Origin: an uncultured bacterium
GTDB taxonomy: Bacteria; Desulfobacterota_D; UBA1144; Nemesobacterales; UBA2774
DNA length: 64,000 nucleotides
NCBI GenBank assembly: GCA_963825135.1
Contig: CAWGRW010000009.1
Location: 1,184,001 to 1,248,000 of the forward strand
Direction of reading: 5' to 3'
The notes beneath the pieces are model-generated. The model was given only the letters and a program-made list of their open reading frames with translations, ran no database searches and was not told the DNA's origin. The position numbers and the translations under genes are program-made. This document shows, piece by piece, positions 30,284 to 42,309 of this stretch (position 1 is its first letter; each line of letters begins with the position of its first letter).

Positions 30284-30359
30284 TGGCGGGCGATGGGGGA
30301 CTCGAACCCCCGGCCTCAGGCTTCGGAGGCCTGCGCTCTATCCACTGAGCTAATCGCCC
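30284..30359 (-). tRNA. tRNA-Arg(CCG)
   Basis: GGGCGAT-TA-GCTC-AGTGGATA-GAGC-G-CAGGC-CTCCGAA-GCCTG-AGGCC-GGGGG-TTCGAGT-CCCCC-ATCGCCC-G-CCA; complete 76-nt cloverleaf. Confidence 0.97.
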
Positions 30360-31152
30360 GGTTTTGAGATTCCAAGCTCCTTCATCACTACCTGCATATC
30401 TTCCCAGAGCGGCTTCTTGAAATTCGGGTTCCTGAGAAGGGCCGCAGGATGATAAGTTACCATAAGTTTCGCCCTTCCGTATTGATGGAACTTCCCCCGG
30501 AGGCTCCCGAGGCTCTGCTTCGTTTTAAGTATGGACTGCGCGGCCGTGCTCCCTAGGCACACTACGACCCCGGGCTCTATCGACCTTATCTGCTTGAATA
30601 GGAACTGCTCGCAGGTCGCCATCTCGTCGGGCTCTGGAGTCCTGTTCTCGGGCGGGCGGCACTTCACCACGTTGCATATATATACGTCCTCTCTCTTTAG
30701 CCCCATCGCCTCTATTATCTTGGTGAGGAGCTGTCCCGACCTCCCCACGAACGGCGTCCCTGCAGGTCCTCGTCCCTCCCCGGCCCTTCCCCCACGAATA
30801 CGAGCCTCGCCTTCGGGTTCCCTTCCCCGAACACCAGATTCGTCCTCCCCTCGTGGAGCTTGCACCGGGTGCAGTCCCCTATCTCCGCCCTTATCTCTTC
30901 GAGCGTCATCTTTTTAGCGGAGGCGTCGAATATGCCGATCTGCTCTTCTATTCTTATAACGTCGTCCTTTTTTTCGGGTGATGTCTGAGCTTTTGGTTGC
31001 GTCCTCACGGGTTCTTTCCCGGGCGCCTTCGGGATGGTCTCTTCCTTGGCCTTTTTTTCCACCGGCGCCCTCGCGACTCCCATGGATTTCTCAAATTCGA
31101 GACGCCTCTTCAAGTCCTCGATGATCCCTTTCAGCTCTGATTCACGGCTCAT
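30350..31152 (-). CDS. Uracil-DNA glycosylase family 4, one frameshift near 30759
   Basis: CTRCKLH, FVGEGPGRDED in one frame; PFVGRSG, NVVKCRPPENR, TYHPAALL in the next; G-run indel. Confidence 0.92.
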
Positions 31153-31176
31153 ATCAGAATCCTTCTTTCTCTAACT

Positions 31177-31301
31177 TCCCTCTCCCCTCTGTGGAACGGC
31201 TGCAAGCGAGCGCGCAGTCGGACGCCCTATAACAAAGGCTCTGAAGCACCTTAACTCCCGGCTCAATGCTGCCCAAACCAAAGAGGGTCAGGGTGAGGGG
31301 G
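31177..31301. repeat. REP-like extragenic element
   Basis: Ends CCCTCTCCCCT ... GAGGGTCAGGGTGAGGGG resemble the widespread CCCTCTCCC..GGGTGAGGG intergenic repeats; single copy in window. Confidence 0.35.
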
Positions 31302-31436
31302 TACATTAATATAATAAAACACGGTTTATGCCGAAAAATCCATATCCCGGAAATATACGTATTCTTTGTCCTATGCCTCCGGTTATGGTAAATATTTCTA
31401 TCCTTATTATAAACGGCCGGAGCCTGAGAGCACGCG

Positions 31437-33928
31437 ATGAAAGAGAGTTATAAACCGGAAGAAATAGAAAAAAAGTGGCGGGACATATGGGACGAGAGGA
31501 AGCTGTACGAGGTCCGGGCGGAGAAGGGACCGTGAGAAGTACTACGTGCTCGAGATGTTCCCTTACCCCTCGGGCCGCATACACATGGGCCACGTCAGGA
31601 ACTACACCATCGGGGACGTCGTCGCCCGGTATAAGCGCACGCGCGGGTATAACGTGCTCCATCCTATCGGGTGGGACGCGTTCGGGCTCCCTGCGGAGAA
31701 CGCTGCTATCGCCCGGGGCGTGCACCCCGCCGTGTGGACCTACGACAACATCGCGCAGATGAAGGCGCAGTTAAAACAGCTCGGGTTCAGCTACGACTGG
31801 ACGAGAGAGATCGCCACCTGCGACCCGTCCTATTATAAATGGGAGCAGATGGTATTCACCCGTATGTACGCGAAGGGGCTCGCCTACCGGAGATCGACGA
31901 CCGTCAACTGGTGCCCGTCGTGCGAGACCGTGCTCGCGAACGAGCAGGTGGAGGACGGGCTCTGCTGGCGCTGCGGTTCCACAGTGGAATTAAAGGTGAT
32001 GGACGGGTGGTTTTTCAAGACGACTGAATATACCGAGGAGCTCCTCGAATGGACCGAAAAGCTGAAAGAAGGCTGGCCCGAAAGGGTCCTCGCCATGCAG
32101 AAGAACTGGATCGGGAAGAGCACCGGAGCCGAAATAGATTTTCCGCTCGAAGAAACCGTTGGCGGTGAGAGCGGTCTCAGCATATTCACGACGCGCCCCG
32201 ACACCGTATTCGGCGTCACGTATATGAGCATCGCGCCCGAGCACCCGCTCGCGGCTGAGTTGATAAAAGGGAAGTCTCAGGAAAAGGAAGCGCTCAAGTT
32301 CATAAAACGAGTCACGAAACAGAGCAGCCTCGAACGGATAGCGGAAGGAGCGAAGAAAGAAGGCGTCTTCACGGGAGCTTTCGCCATAAACCCTTTCAAC
32401 GGTCTGCGCGTCCCGATATACATAGCCAACTTCGTGCTCGTCGAGTACGGGACCGGAATAATCATGTGCGTCCCCGCTCACGACCAGAGGGACTTCGAGT
32501 TCGCAAGGGAGTACGGGCTTCCTATCGTTCCCGTGATAGAACCCGAAGGGACTAAGCTCCGTGCGGAAGATATGACCGGAGGCATACGAAGACCCCGGAG
32601 TTATGACGAATTCAGGGCAGTTCACCGGCCTCCCTTCGGAAGAAGGGCAAGGAGAAGGTAATAGAATATATAGAGGAAAAGGGTATAGGCAAAAGAAGGG
32701 TCAATTACAGGCTCAGGGACTGGGGCATTTCGCGCCAACGTTACTGGGGCGCGCCAATTCCGATCGTCTATTGCGATAAGTGCGGCGTCGTTCCCGTTCC
32801 CGACGAAGACCTCCCCGTAGAGCTTCCGCTCGACATAAAATTCACGGGGAAGGGCGGGTCGCCGTTGGCTAAGGCCAAGAGCTTCGTCAACACCGTCTGC
32901 CCCAAGTGCGGCGGCAAGGCGAAGCGCGAGACAGACACCATGGACACGTTCGTCGAGTCCTCCTGGTACTTCCTCAGGTACGCGTCCCCTCATTACGGCG
33001 AAGGCATGTTCGATAAAAAGGAGGTCGGGTACTGGCTCCCCGTGGACAGGTACATCGGCGGTATCGAGCACGCGATACTGCATCTGCTCTACGCGAGGTT
33101 CTACACGAAGGTGCTCCGGGACTTGGGCATGTGCGCTCTCGACGAGCCCTTCACTAACCTCCTCACGCAGGGGATGGTCATAAAGGACGGGGCCAAGATG
33201 TCGAAGTCCGTCGGCAACATCGTAGACCCGGACGACATGATAAAGAAATACGGGGCCGACACGGTGAGGCTCTTCATGCTCTTCGCCGCCCCCGTGCAGA
33301 AGGACCTCGACTGGAGCGACGAGGGGATAGAAGGGGCGTTCAGGTTTTTAAACAGGCTCTGGCGCCTCGTCTCCGACAGGTTCCCTGCAATCGAAAGCCT
33401 CAAGGGCAAAGCCCCGGACGCGAGTAAGATATCCGTCTCCGGCAGGGACCTTCTGACCAAGGTGCATAAGACTATAAAGAAGGTTACGGACGACCTCGAA
33501 AAATTTCAGTTCAATACTGCTATCGCCGCCGTCATGGAGCTTCTTAACGATACGTCCCGCATCGACACCCGCCGGAGACGAGGACGTAAAGGTGGTGAGG
33601 GAGTCGGTCGAGGCCATGGTGAGGCTCCTTTACCCGATAGCTCCCGCACGTGTCGGAGGAGCTCTGGAATGAGCTCGGATATGAGGGGTTGCTCGTCGAT
33701 GAGCCCTGGCTCGAGTGGAATAGAGAGCTCGTGGCCGGAGCCGCGATCACCGTGGTCGTTCAGGTGAACGGGAAGGTGAGGGCCCAGCTCTCGATGGACG
33801 CGGACGTAAGCGACGAAGCGATGAAAGAGGCCGCGTTCGCCGACGAAAAGGTCAGGGGCTATCTCGCCGGAAAAGAGCCCAGGAAGGTGTTCGTAGTCCC
33901 CAAAAAGATTGTAAATATAGTAGTTTAG
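31437..33928 (+). CDS. leuS: Leucine--tRNA ligase, five apparent single-base frameshifts
   Basis: [64 protein letters not shown]; frame breaks near 31530, 32578, 32646, 33570, 33643. Confidence 0.96.
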
Positions 33929-33943
33929 GTAGTCTCTCGGAAG

Positions 33944-34591
33944 TTAATCTCTCTTTTTCAAATATCTATCAGCGATTGAGGCAAGCTCCCGTGCGGCCAT
34001 CTCCGGATCTCCCGAGCCGAAAACGGCGGTGATGACAGCGATGCCGTCGACGCCCGTTTCGAAGACCGAATCGGCGTTTTCCGGCGTAATTCCACCTATC
34101 GCGAATACCGGAATGCTCTTTATCCTTGAAACCGCCTCCCTCAGGACATCGAACGAAGTGGGGGTTCTTTCGGGCTTCGTCGGTGTGAAGAACGGGGTCC
34201 CGAAGGCGACGTAATCAGCCCCGTCCCGCTCGGCGTCGAGCCCCCTTTCGAGCCTCCCGTAGCAGGAGACTCCTATAATCTTGCCCTCCCCGAGCGCTTC
34301 CCTAGCGTGACGAACATCCGAATCATCCTCACCGAGATGCACCCCGTCGGCCCCTATCTCCATTGCCAACTCTACCGAATCATTGATTATTAACGGGACT
34401 CCGTATTTTCCGGTCACCTTGAGGAGCGCCTTGCCGAGACTCACGATCTCGTCCCCAGGCGTGTCTTTTTCCCTGAGCTGAACGACACTCGCCCCCCCTC
34501 GAACGGCTTTTTCCACAGCCGCCACGAAGATGTCCCGTGAAATGAGCTTCTTATCCGTTATCACATAGAGCCCTCTCAGCATCCGCTTCAT
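33944..34591 (-). CDS. thiE: Thiamine-phosphate synthase
   Basis: VQLREK, LIIND, ADGVHLG, GADYVAFG, TPTK, AIGGI. Confidence 0.95.
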   Translation of the reverse strand: MKRMLRGLYVITDKKLISRDIFVAAVEKAVRGGASVVQLREKDTPGDEIVSLGKALLKVTGKYGVPLIINDSVELAMEIGADGVHLGEDDSDVRHAREALGEGKIIGVSCYGRLERGLDAERDGADYVAFGTPFFTPTKPERTPTSFDVLREAVSRIKSIPVFAIGGITPENADSVFETGVDGIAVITAVFGSGDPEMAARELASIADRYLKKRD

Positions 34592-34760
34592 GGTTTTAGA
34601 AACTTATCGGGGCTTTTTAATTAGCGCAAATTCAGCGAAGGCGGCTACTCATACTCAATGCCACGTGATTCCATCCCCTGCGCCTCGGACATCGAGCCAA
34701 TTTGTAATATTCCCCCTCTCATAATAAAATCTTATCCAATCAAGAGGAGGCAAGGGTTAG

Positions 34761-35635
34761 ATGAGGGCGAATAAGATATTTTTCATTCCTTTAATCATAT
34801 TCTTAGCCGTGTTTTCTATAGTAATAGCGCCTTTGAACAATGCGGGCGCCGCGGGCGGAAGCGTCCCGTACTCGTTTTTCCTCGAACATCCTTACAGCTA
34901 CACGGGCTGAGCGGCAACCTCGAGATCGCCCCCGTGGATGGCGGCGGGGCGCTCATCATGAACAGGTTTCGGGCGGACCTCAATCTGGGCCAGAACATAT
35001 TCGGCATCTATGCGAAATTTCCCTTCGCGGGCGTGACGAGCGGTGTATTCGGGAGCGGGGATTACGATTTCGGAAACATTGGGCTAGGCACAAAATACGC
35101 TCTCCTCAGCTCGAACAACGCGGCGCTCACATTCGGTTTCGAGGCGATTCTACCCACTACGGGAAATAACTTGGGGGCGCTCGGAGCGCGCTCGTACTTC
35201 CGCGATTTCGCATATTTTACGGACCATGCATATACATTCGTTCCTTACGGAGTGTTCGCAATCGGGGGAGACGTCCTCGCTTTCCAGGCGAACCTGGATT
35301 TCGATATTATGACGAACGCCAAGAAAGCGGACAAGAGCCCGTTCGACACGGGCGGCGACAGCACGGAGCTGATTATCAAATACGGCGCGGCCGCGAGCGT
35401 GACGCCTCGGTTCAACCTGCCGTTCTCCACTTCTTTTCTCCTCGAGCTGCTGCTCGCATCGTCTACATCGTTCGATAAGAACGTCACGGGTGTGTATGTG
35501 ACGCCGGGAGTAAGGTTTGGCGGCATCAAGTACAGCTTCGGGGCAGGGGTACAGGTGCCTTTCGGGAGCGACGAGATAAGCGATTTCGCCAACATCGATT
35601 TCGTGATGGATATGAAAATAAGGTTTGGCGGCTGA
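34761..35635 (+). CDS. Secreted/outer-membrane beta-barrel protein, frameshift near 34905
   Basis: GAGGAGG RBS, signal peptide MRANKIFFIPLIIFLAVFSIVIAPLNNAGA, continues in the 34934 frame with beta-strand pattern (GNIGLGTKY, C-terminal IRF). Confidence 0.65.
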
Positions 35636-35694
35636 TCTAAAAGAGTTTTCGGATTATAAGTGCCCAGGGGCAATAGCGTTACGCGACACCCTGA

Positions 35695-37068
<1,374 letters not shown>

Positions 37069-37288
37069 TCAAACCAGGGGGCTTTGCGCCGTCTTTATTC
37101 GGAGCTATAACACCTCAAATAATTGAATCTTGACCGCACTGGTATTTTTTACAATAATGTTGTAGTGTGTATAATTAAAGGAAATTCTAAATGTTCTATC
37201 ATAAGTATTCCGGGATTTGTAATATTTAAAGTCGGTGCCGCCATATAATAGACGCGAAACAGGCGTTTTGGCGCTCTGAGCCCGCGTA

Positions 37289-37564
37289 ATGTCAAAAAGT
37301 AGAGTGCACATTAAGATTCAGGGGAGAGTTCAGGGCGTGTTCTTCCGGGCGTCCACTTTGGATAAAGCGACCGAACTCGGGCTTAAAGGCTGGGTCAGAA
37401 ACAATCCTGACGGCTCGGTTGAGGTCGTTGCGGAAGGATCCAGGGAAAAAATCGAAAAGCTCATAACCTGGTCTCATGACGGTCCGAGACACGCGGTTGT
37501 AAATGATGTCGAAGTGGAATGGACGGACTGTCTGGACGAATATACGGATTTTACGATCGAATAA
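37289..37564 (+). CDS. acyP: Acylphosphatase
   Basis: GRVQGVFFR, GWVRNNPDGSVE. Confidence 0.95.
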   Translation: MSKSRVHIKIQGRVQGVFFRASTLDKATELGLKGWVRNNPDGSVEVVAEGSREKIEKLITWSHDGPRHAVVNDVEVEWTDCLDEYTDFTIE

Positions 37565-37589
37565 CCAAAATGGAGAAGCGGTATTCAAT

Positions 37590-38234
37590 ATGATAATTAA
37601 ATGCATACCCGGCGGAATGTTCCTCACAAACTGCTACATTATCGGGGACGAAGAGACTAACAAGGCCATACTCATTGATCCGGGTGAGCAGATCGAGGAA
37701 ATCCTGACGGAGGTGGAGAGATCGGGGCTCGATATTACGAAGATCGTGAACACGCATACTCATATAGATCATGTAGCAGGCGCGGTGGAGGCGATAAATG
37801 CCCTGGGTGTCGGATTTTATATACATCCTGAGGAAGAGCCGGTTCTTCAGGCGCTTCCCGAGTCCGCAATGAGGTTCCCTCAGTTCGGCGACGTCAGCGC
37901 TCCCCGGATCGAGGGTTATATAGAGGAGGGAGACGAGGTAGAGATCGGCAACCTCAGGGCGAAGGTGCTGCACACCCCCGGACATACCTGGGGGAGTGTT
38001 TGTCTTGTTATCGGGGATCAGGTCATATCGGGAGATACACTTTTCGCCGGGAGTGTGGGAAGGGTAGACCTCACGGGGGGCACGTCCATGAGGGAGCTGG
38101 TACGCTCGATAAAGACGAAGCTCATGGTTCTTCCGGACTCCTTCGTTGTGCATCCGGGACACGGCCCCTCAACAACCATAGGAATAGAAAGGAGATCGAA
38201 TCCGTTTTTAACCGGCGATTTGATAATGCTATAA
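37590..38234 (+). CDS. MBL-fold metallo-hydrolase (glyoxalase II-like)
   Basis: THTHIDH, HTPGHT, GDTLF, PGHG. Confidence 0.92.
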   Translation: MIIKCIPGGMFLTNCYIIGDEETNKAILIDPGEQIEEILTEVERSGLDITKIVNTHTHIDHVAGAVEAINALGVGFYIHPEEEPVLQALPESAMRFPQFGDVSAPRIEGYIEEGDEVEIGNLRAKVLHTPGHTWGSVCLVIGDQVISGDTLFAGSVGRVDLTGGTSMRELVRSIKTKLMVLPDSFVVHPGHGPSTTIGIERRSNPFLTGDLIML

Positions 38235-38235
38235 A

Positions 38236-38505
38236 TTGGAAAGGCTAATATTCAGGGTGATCCTGATACTCGCTATAGTCTCGTTTCTTGTTTACCTGTT
38301 CGCCAGGGAAATATCCCAGGTTTATGCCCTCCAGAAAGAGAACGACAAAGTTAAGCTTGAGGGGAAAGAACTGGAAATGGCCAATGACGATCTGAGGAAG
38401 AGAACAGAGTTGATTAAGACGGACAAGGTTTATATGGAAAAAGTATTGAGAGAAGAGCTGGGGATGATAAAAACAGGTGAAAAAATATACAGATTTAAAG
38501 AATAA
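38236..38505 (+). CDS. ftsB: Septum formation initiator (FtsB/DivIC family)
   Basis: N-terminal TM, coiled coil, EKVLREELGMIKTGE. Confidence 0.8.
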   Translation: MERLIFRVILILAIVSFLVYLFAREISQVYALQKENDKVKLEGKELEMANDDLRKRTELIKTDKVYMEKVLREELGMIKTGEKIYRFKE

Positions 38506-40612
38506 AATCACATTTTCGAATTTCTTACTCGGAAAGGTATTCGCAGTGTTACTTTCCGCGCTTATATTCGTACTCATTTATAAAAATAGCTTTCATTCGT
38601 TTAATTTTTACTCCCTGCTGGCGACCTTGTTTTTGTTTGCCGCTGCCGGTTACAGGACCCTTCTATATCTAAAATCAGGCACTCGGAACATTTCGTTATT
38701 GGACAGGCTCGAATTCGCGCTTCTCTACACGCTCGTGTTTGAGATCTTTTTACAGATTTTCGGGAACGATCTGTTCCCGGCGTCATTTTTGCTGGCGCCC
38801 GTAATAATTTACTGTTTCGGATGGGCCGGAGGGTGCTTCTCATTATTAATCATTTCGTTTCTTCAGGTCACTCTCCACATGGGATTGGGCGCTGTAACGC
38901 AGGTCTCGCTGCTCGCGATAACTACCATGGTGATAGGGTTTTTATTCAAGGGTAATAAAGAGCTCCTGGGTTCGTATGTTTTTCAAAGGAACAGAGGGAA
39001 GAACATAATTCTGCCGACCCTTATATCGGGTGCGGTCGAGAAAGATGAAAAGACGGATACCCTCAGCGTCATAGAGCTAAAGAACGAGATAAGGAACTCT
39101 CTCAGAATTCTCTGCGAACTCGTTCCCAATCACAGTGTAGTGCTGTACATGAAAATGGACGACGGGCTTTACGCCATAGCGGATTGCGTATCCAAGAGTA
39201 AGGATTATATAGACAGGGGGCAGAGGCTCAATTTCAGGGGTGGATACCTGGGATGGGTTTTAAAGACGAAGACTCAGGTGCTCATTACGAGTATAAAGAA
39301 TGTCAGGAAAAATCTCATATATTATAATAAAAATATTCCCGTCAAATCCCTCCTCGCGACTCCTCTGTTTTTCAAAGGCGAAAGAAATGCTTCTGAAGGG
39401 GATGAAAGCATATTCGGCATGCTCGTGGTGGATAGTCTTCAGCAGGACGCGTTCGGAGACAAGGAAAAATTGATAGTATCCCTCATTTCGGACAGGGTAG
39501 TGGAAATTATCGACAGGTTCCAGCTGTCCGAGAAGGTCAATCTCAGCTCGCAGGAGCTCAATTCATTTTATGACTTTACTCAGAAGCTGAACTCTACGAG
39601 CGACATCGACGTCATCCTCGATCACGTTATCGACACATTGGTCAGGATATTCGAGGCCGATTTCGTGGGCATCTCGCTTGTAGACAAAGAGAGGGGAAAC
39701 AGCAGTCTCAAAAGAGCGAGCGAGGGGATGATGGATCATCTTGTGGACAAGGAGATCCCTCACGGCGATACGCTGATCGGACTTGTCGCTATGAGCGGCA
39801 ACCATTTTCACTTCGACGATATCTCTCAGAGGGCAAAATATAAAAGCGTTTTCGGAAAAGAAATTGACTTCGCTCTCGGCATAAAGAATATTAAGTCGAT
39901 ACTTATCTATCCTTTCCACGAGACTTTTCAGGACGTTGAAAACAAGGATGAGGACGTCATCGGCTGTGTGGTTATCGGGAGGAGGGCGAAGAACCCGTTT
40001 AACGAGGGCGAGATAAGTCTTGCGAAAATTATTTGCCGTGAGTCCGCTAAATCCATGACATCGTCACTTAATTTTCAGAAGGTGAAGGAGCTCGCTATCA
40101 GGGACGGGCTTACGGGATTATTCAATCACAGGCATTTTCAGGAGATGCTTTCGTACACGCTCATTCATTCGGACAGGTTCTCGACCCAGGCTTCTCTCCT
40201 GCTGGTCGACATAGACGATTTGAAAATTATTAACGATACGTACGGTCATCTGGCAGGCGACACGGCGCTGTCCTCGATCGGGAATTTATTGCGGGAGTCT
40301 TTAAGGAAGGTGGATATACCGGCCAGGTACGGAGGCGATGAATTCGCGGTCATACTTCCCAACACGAATAAGGCCGGGTCTGTAGCGGTTGCAGAGAAAA
40401 TAAGGAACAAGCTTAAAAGGGTATCGCTCAAATCCGACTCGGGTGATATTGTGGTGTCGGTAAGCATCGGCATTGCTACCTACCCCGAGTGCGCGGTCGA
40501 CAAGGAGTTGTTAATCGAAAAAGCGGACCGGGCGCTCTACGAATCGAAGAATCACGGTAAAAATAAAATCACGCACTATGAGGACATATCGCTTGAGGAG
40601 CTGGGGAGCTGA
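38477..40612 (+). CDS. Membrane-anchored GAF-GAF-GGDEF diguanylate cyclase
   Basis: N-terminal TM helices; DGLTGLFN, RKVD I-site, RYGGDEF, ADRALYESK. Confidence 0.9.
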   Translation: MKKYTDLKNKITFSNFLLGKVFAVLLSALIFVLIYKNSFHSFNFYSLLATLFLFAAAGYRTLLYLKSGTRNISLLDRLEFALLYTLVFEIFLQIFGNDLFPASFLLAPVIIYCFGWAGGCFSLLIISFLQVTLHMGLGAVTQVSLLAITTMVIGFLFKGNKELLGSYVFQRNRGKNIILPTLISGAVEKDEKTDTLSVIELKNEIRNSLRILCELVPNHSVVLYMKMDDGLYAIADCVSKSKDYIDRGQRLNFRGGYLGWVLKTKTQVLITSIKNVRKNLIYYNKNIPVKSLLATPLFFKGERNASEGDESIFGMLVVDSLQQDAFGDKEKLIVSLISDRVVEIIDRFQLSEKVNLSSQELNSFYDFTQKLNSTSDIDVILDHVIDTLVRIFEADFVGISLVDKERGNSSLKRASEGMMDHLVDKEIPHGDTLIGLVAMSGNHFHFDDISQRAKYKSVFGKEIDFALGIKNIKSILIYPFHETFQDVENKDEDVIGCVVIGRRAKNPFNEGEISLAKIICRESAKSMTSSLNFQKVKELAIRDGLTGLFNHRHFQEMLSYTLIHSDRFSTQASLLLVDIDDLKIINDTYGHLAGDTALSSIGNLLRESLRKVDIPARYGGDEFAVILPNTNKAGSVAVAEKIRNKLKRVSLKSDSGDIVVSVSIGIATYPECAVDKELLIEKADRALYESKNHGKNKITHYEDISLEELGS

Positions 40613-40719
40613 AGCCCGGGAATCGGCATAAGTTTAAGGGAGTGTTTGGTTCCGCTTTCTTCATGCGGGCTCCGCAGTTAGTAGTTATACTTCCTGTAAT
40701 ACGCATTTCCCGGTAATAC

Positions 40720-41604
40720 ATGACAGACGGACGAAGAAAAGAGTTTAACCCAAGAGAATTTTTCTACGGCGGAAAAACCTTTCCCAGAAAAAGCCTCGGT
40801 CAGAATTATATAACCGACAGGAGGGTGATCGACCGGATAATCGATACCGCCGGGATCTCAGCGGAAGACGAAGTCCTCGAAATCGGGCCCGGGATGGGAG
40901 CCCTTACTCTCGCGCTCGCCGAGCGGGCGGGGAGAGTCGTGGCGATCGAGAAAGACGAGCGGGTGATCGGCCATTTACGCGAGCTCCTGGACGGCTATCC
41001 CAATGCCGAGATTATTCCGGGCGACTGCCTAAAGCTGGATTACGGGGATTTCTACGAAGGCAGGAAGATGAAAGTGGTCTCGAACCTCCCGTACAGTATA
41101 TCGACCCCTGTCCTTATAAAGCTTCTCAGGGGACGCGATATGTTTTCCGCACTGATCCTTATGCTTCAGTATGAGGTAGGGGAGCGGATAACGGCTAAGC
41201 CCGGGGGAAAAAAATACGGTTCCATCTCCGTGCTGCTTCAGACATATATGGACGTCAGTATGGAGTTCCGCGTTCCTCCTTCCGCATTCTGGCCGAAGCC
41301 GAAAATCGACTCGGCGGTCTTGAAATTTCTCCCCCTCCGCGCGCCTGATGTACGCGTATCGGACGAGGAGATTCACGAGAAGGTGCTGCGGGCCGCCTTC
41401 TCGTCGAGAAGAAAGATGCTCGGGAACTCACTCAGGTCGATACTGCCGAAGGAAGCTGTTGAGGGCTTGCTTTCTTCATGCGGCATAGACAGGTCGAGGC
41501 GGGCCGAGACTCTCACCATAAAGGAATTCGGGATTCTCGCCGATGAAGCGGCGCGCAGTCATAAATCCGAAATAATTCCGTCCCATGCCCCCTTTATTGA
41601 ATGA
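40720..41604 (+). CDS. rsmA: 16S rRNA adenine dimethyltransferase
   Basis: KSLGQNY, LEIGPGMG, SNLPYSIS, RRKML, RAETL. Confidence 0.96.
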   Translation: MTDGRRKEFNPREFFYGGKTFPRKSLGQNYITDRRVIDRIIDTAGISAEDEVLEIGPGMGALTLALAERAGRVVAIEKDERVIGHLRELLDGYPNAEIIPGDCLKLDYGDFYEGRKMKVVSNLPYSISTPVLIKLLRGRDMFSALILMLQYEVGERITAKPGGKKYGSISVLLQTYMDVSMEFRVPPSAFWPKPKIDSAVLKFLPLRAPDVRVSDEEIHEKVLRAAFSSRRKMLGNSLRSILPKEAVEGLLSSCGIDRSRRAETLTIKEFGILADEAARSHKSEIIPSHAPFIE

Positions 41605-41667
41605 ATCGTTCCGCGGCTATATAATTCTCCTCGAGTCATAAATCTTCGATCCCGGAGGATTAATATC

Positions 41668-42237
41668 ATGCGTAATGTAATAATGTCATCGCTCCTCATC
41701 CTTTCGGTTTTATTCTTAACGCCCCGTATGTCATATTCTCAGGATTTCGGCATCAGCGGCGTCTGGTACCACGATAGTATGCAGACCAATATCAGCGTGA
41801 AGGACTTCACGCACGTAGTTCTCACTAACGAAACCGGCGACAAAGCCACCGGGCATTTCATCAATCCTTGGCAGATTAAGGTTCCGGCCTGGAGCGTGGT
41901 CGGTAACATTCAGAACGGGGGGACCCAGATTGCATGGTCGAACAACACCACCTGGACCAGGTTTCCAAGCGGCAAAACCCATATAAGCGGCACCTGGTAT
42001 CACAATAACAGCCCGACTTCCATACAGGTCTATGACAACGGGTGGAGGTTCAGCATCACGAACGAAAACGGCCAGACCAGCAACGGTTATGCGAAGAGCA
42101 GCCGCGAGCTTTACATACAGTCTCTGGGTATAACCGGTATCGTGAATAGCGACGGCACCAGGATCAAGTGGAGTAACGGTACGGTCTGGACAAGGAATCC
42201 GGGCGGCTCAGGGCCCCTTTCCGCTCCTAATGAATGA
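41668..42237 (+). CDS. Secreted protein with two tandem ~72-aa Trp-rich beta repeats
   Basis: Signal peptide; ISGxWYH...TNExG...IxWSNxTxWTR repeated twice; GGAGG RBS. Confidence 0.75.
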   Translation: MRNVIMSSLLILSVLFLTPRMSYSQDFGISGVWYHDSMQTNISVKDFTHVVLTNETGDKATGHFINPWQIKVPAWSVVGNIQNGGTQIAWSNNTTWTRFPSGKTHISGTWYHNNSPTSIQVYDNGWRFSITNENGQTSNGYAKSSRELYIQSLGITGIVNSDGTRIKWSNGTVWTRNPGGSGPLSAPNE

Positions 42238-42309
42238 CCGGTATTCCCTGTGTGAGTGCCTGTCCAGGATGTCGCGGGAGATTTTTTAATGTGGGCAAGT
42301 AATAAAGGC

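Larger units (their letters stand above)
28023..30329. mobile_element. Small integrase-less element integrated at tRNA-Arg(CCG)
   Basis: Flanking 49-bp tRNA duplication, TGGACAC(T) tandem sites near both ends, two cargo genes, no recombinase ORF. Confidence 0.85.

Noticed and set aside
31437..33928. leuS as a pseudogene or programmed-frameshift gene
   Set aside because: Essential gene with intact motifs; indels lie in short homopolymers and similar ones occur in unrelated genes, so sequencing error is more likely.
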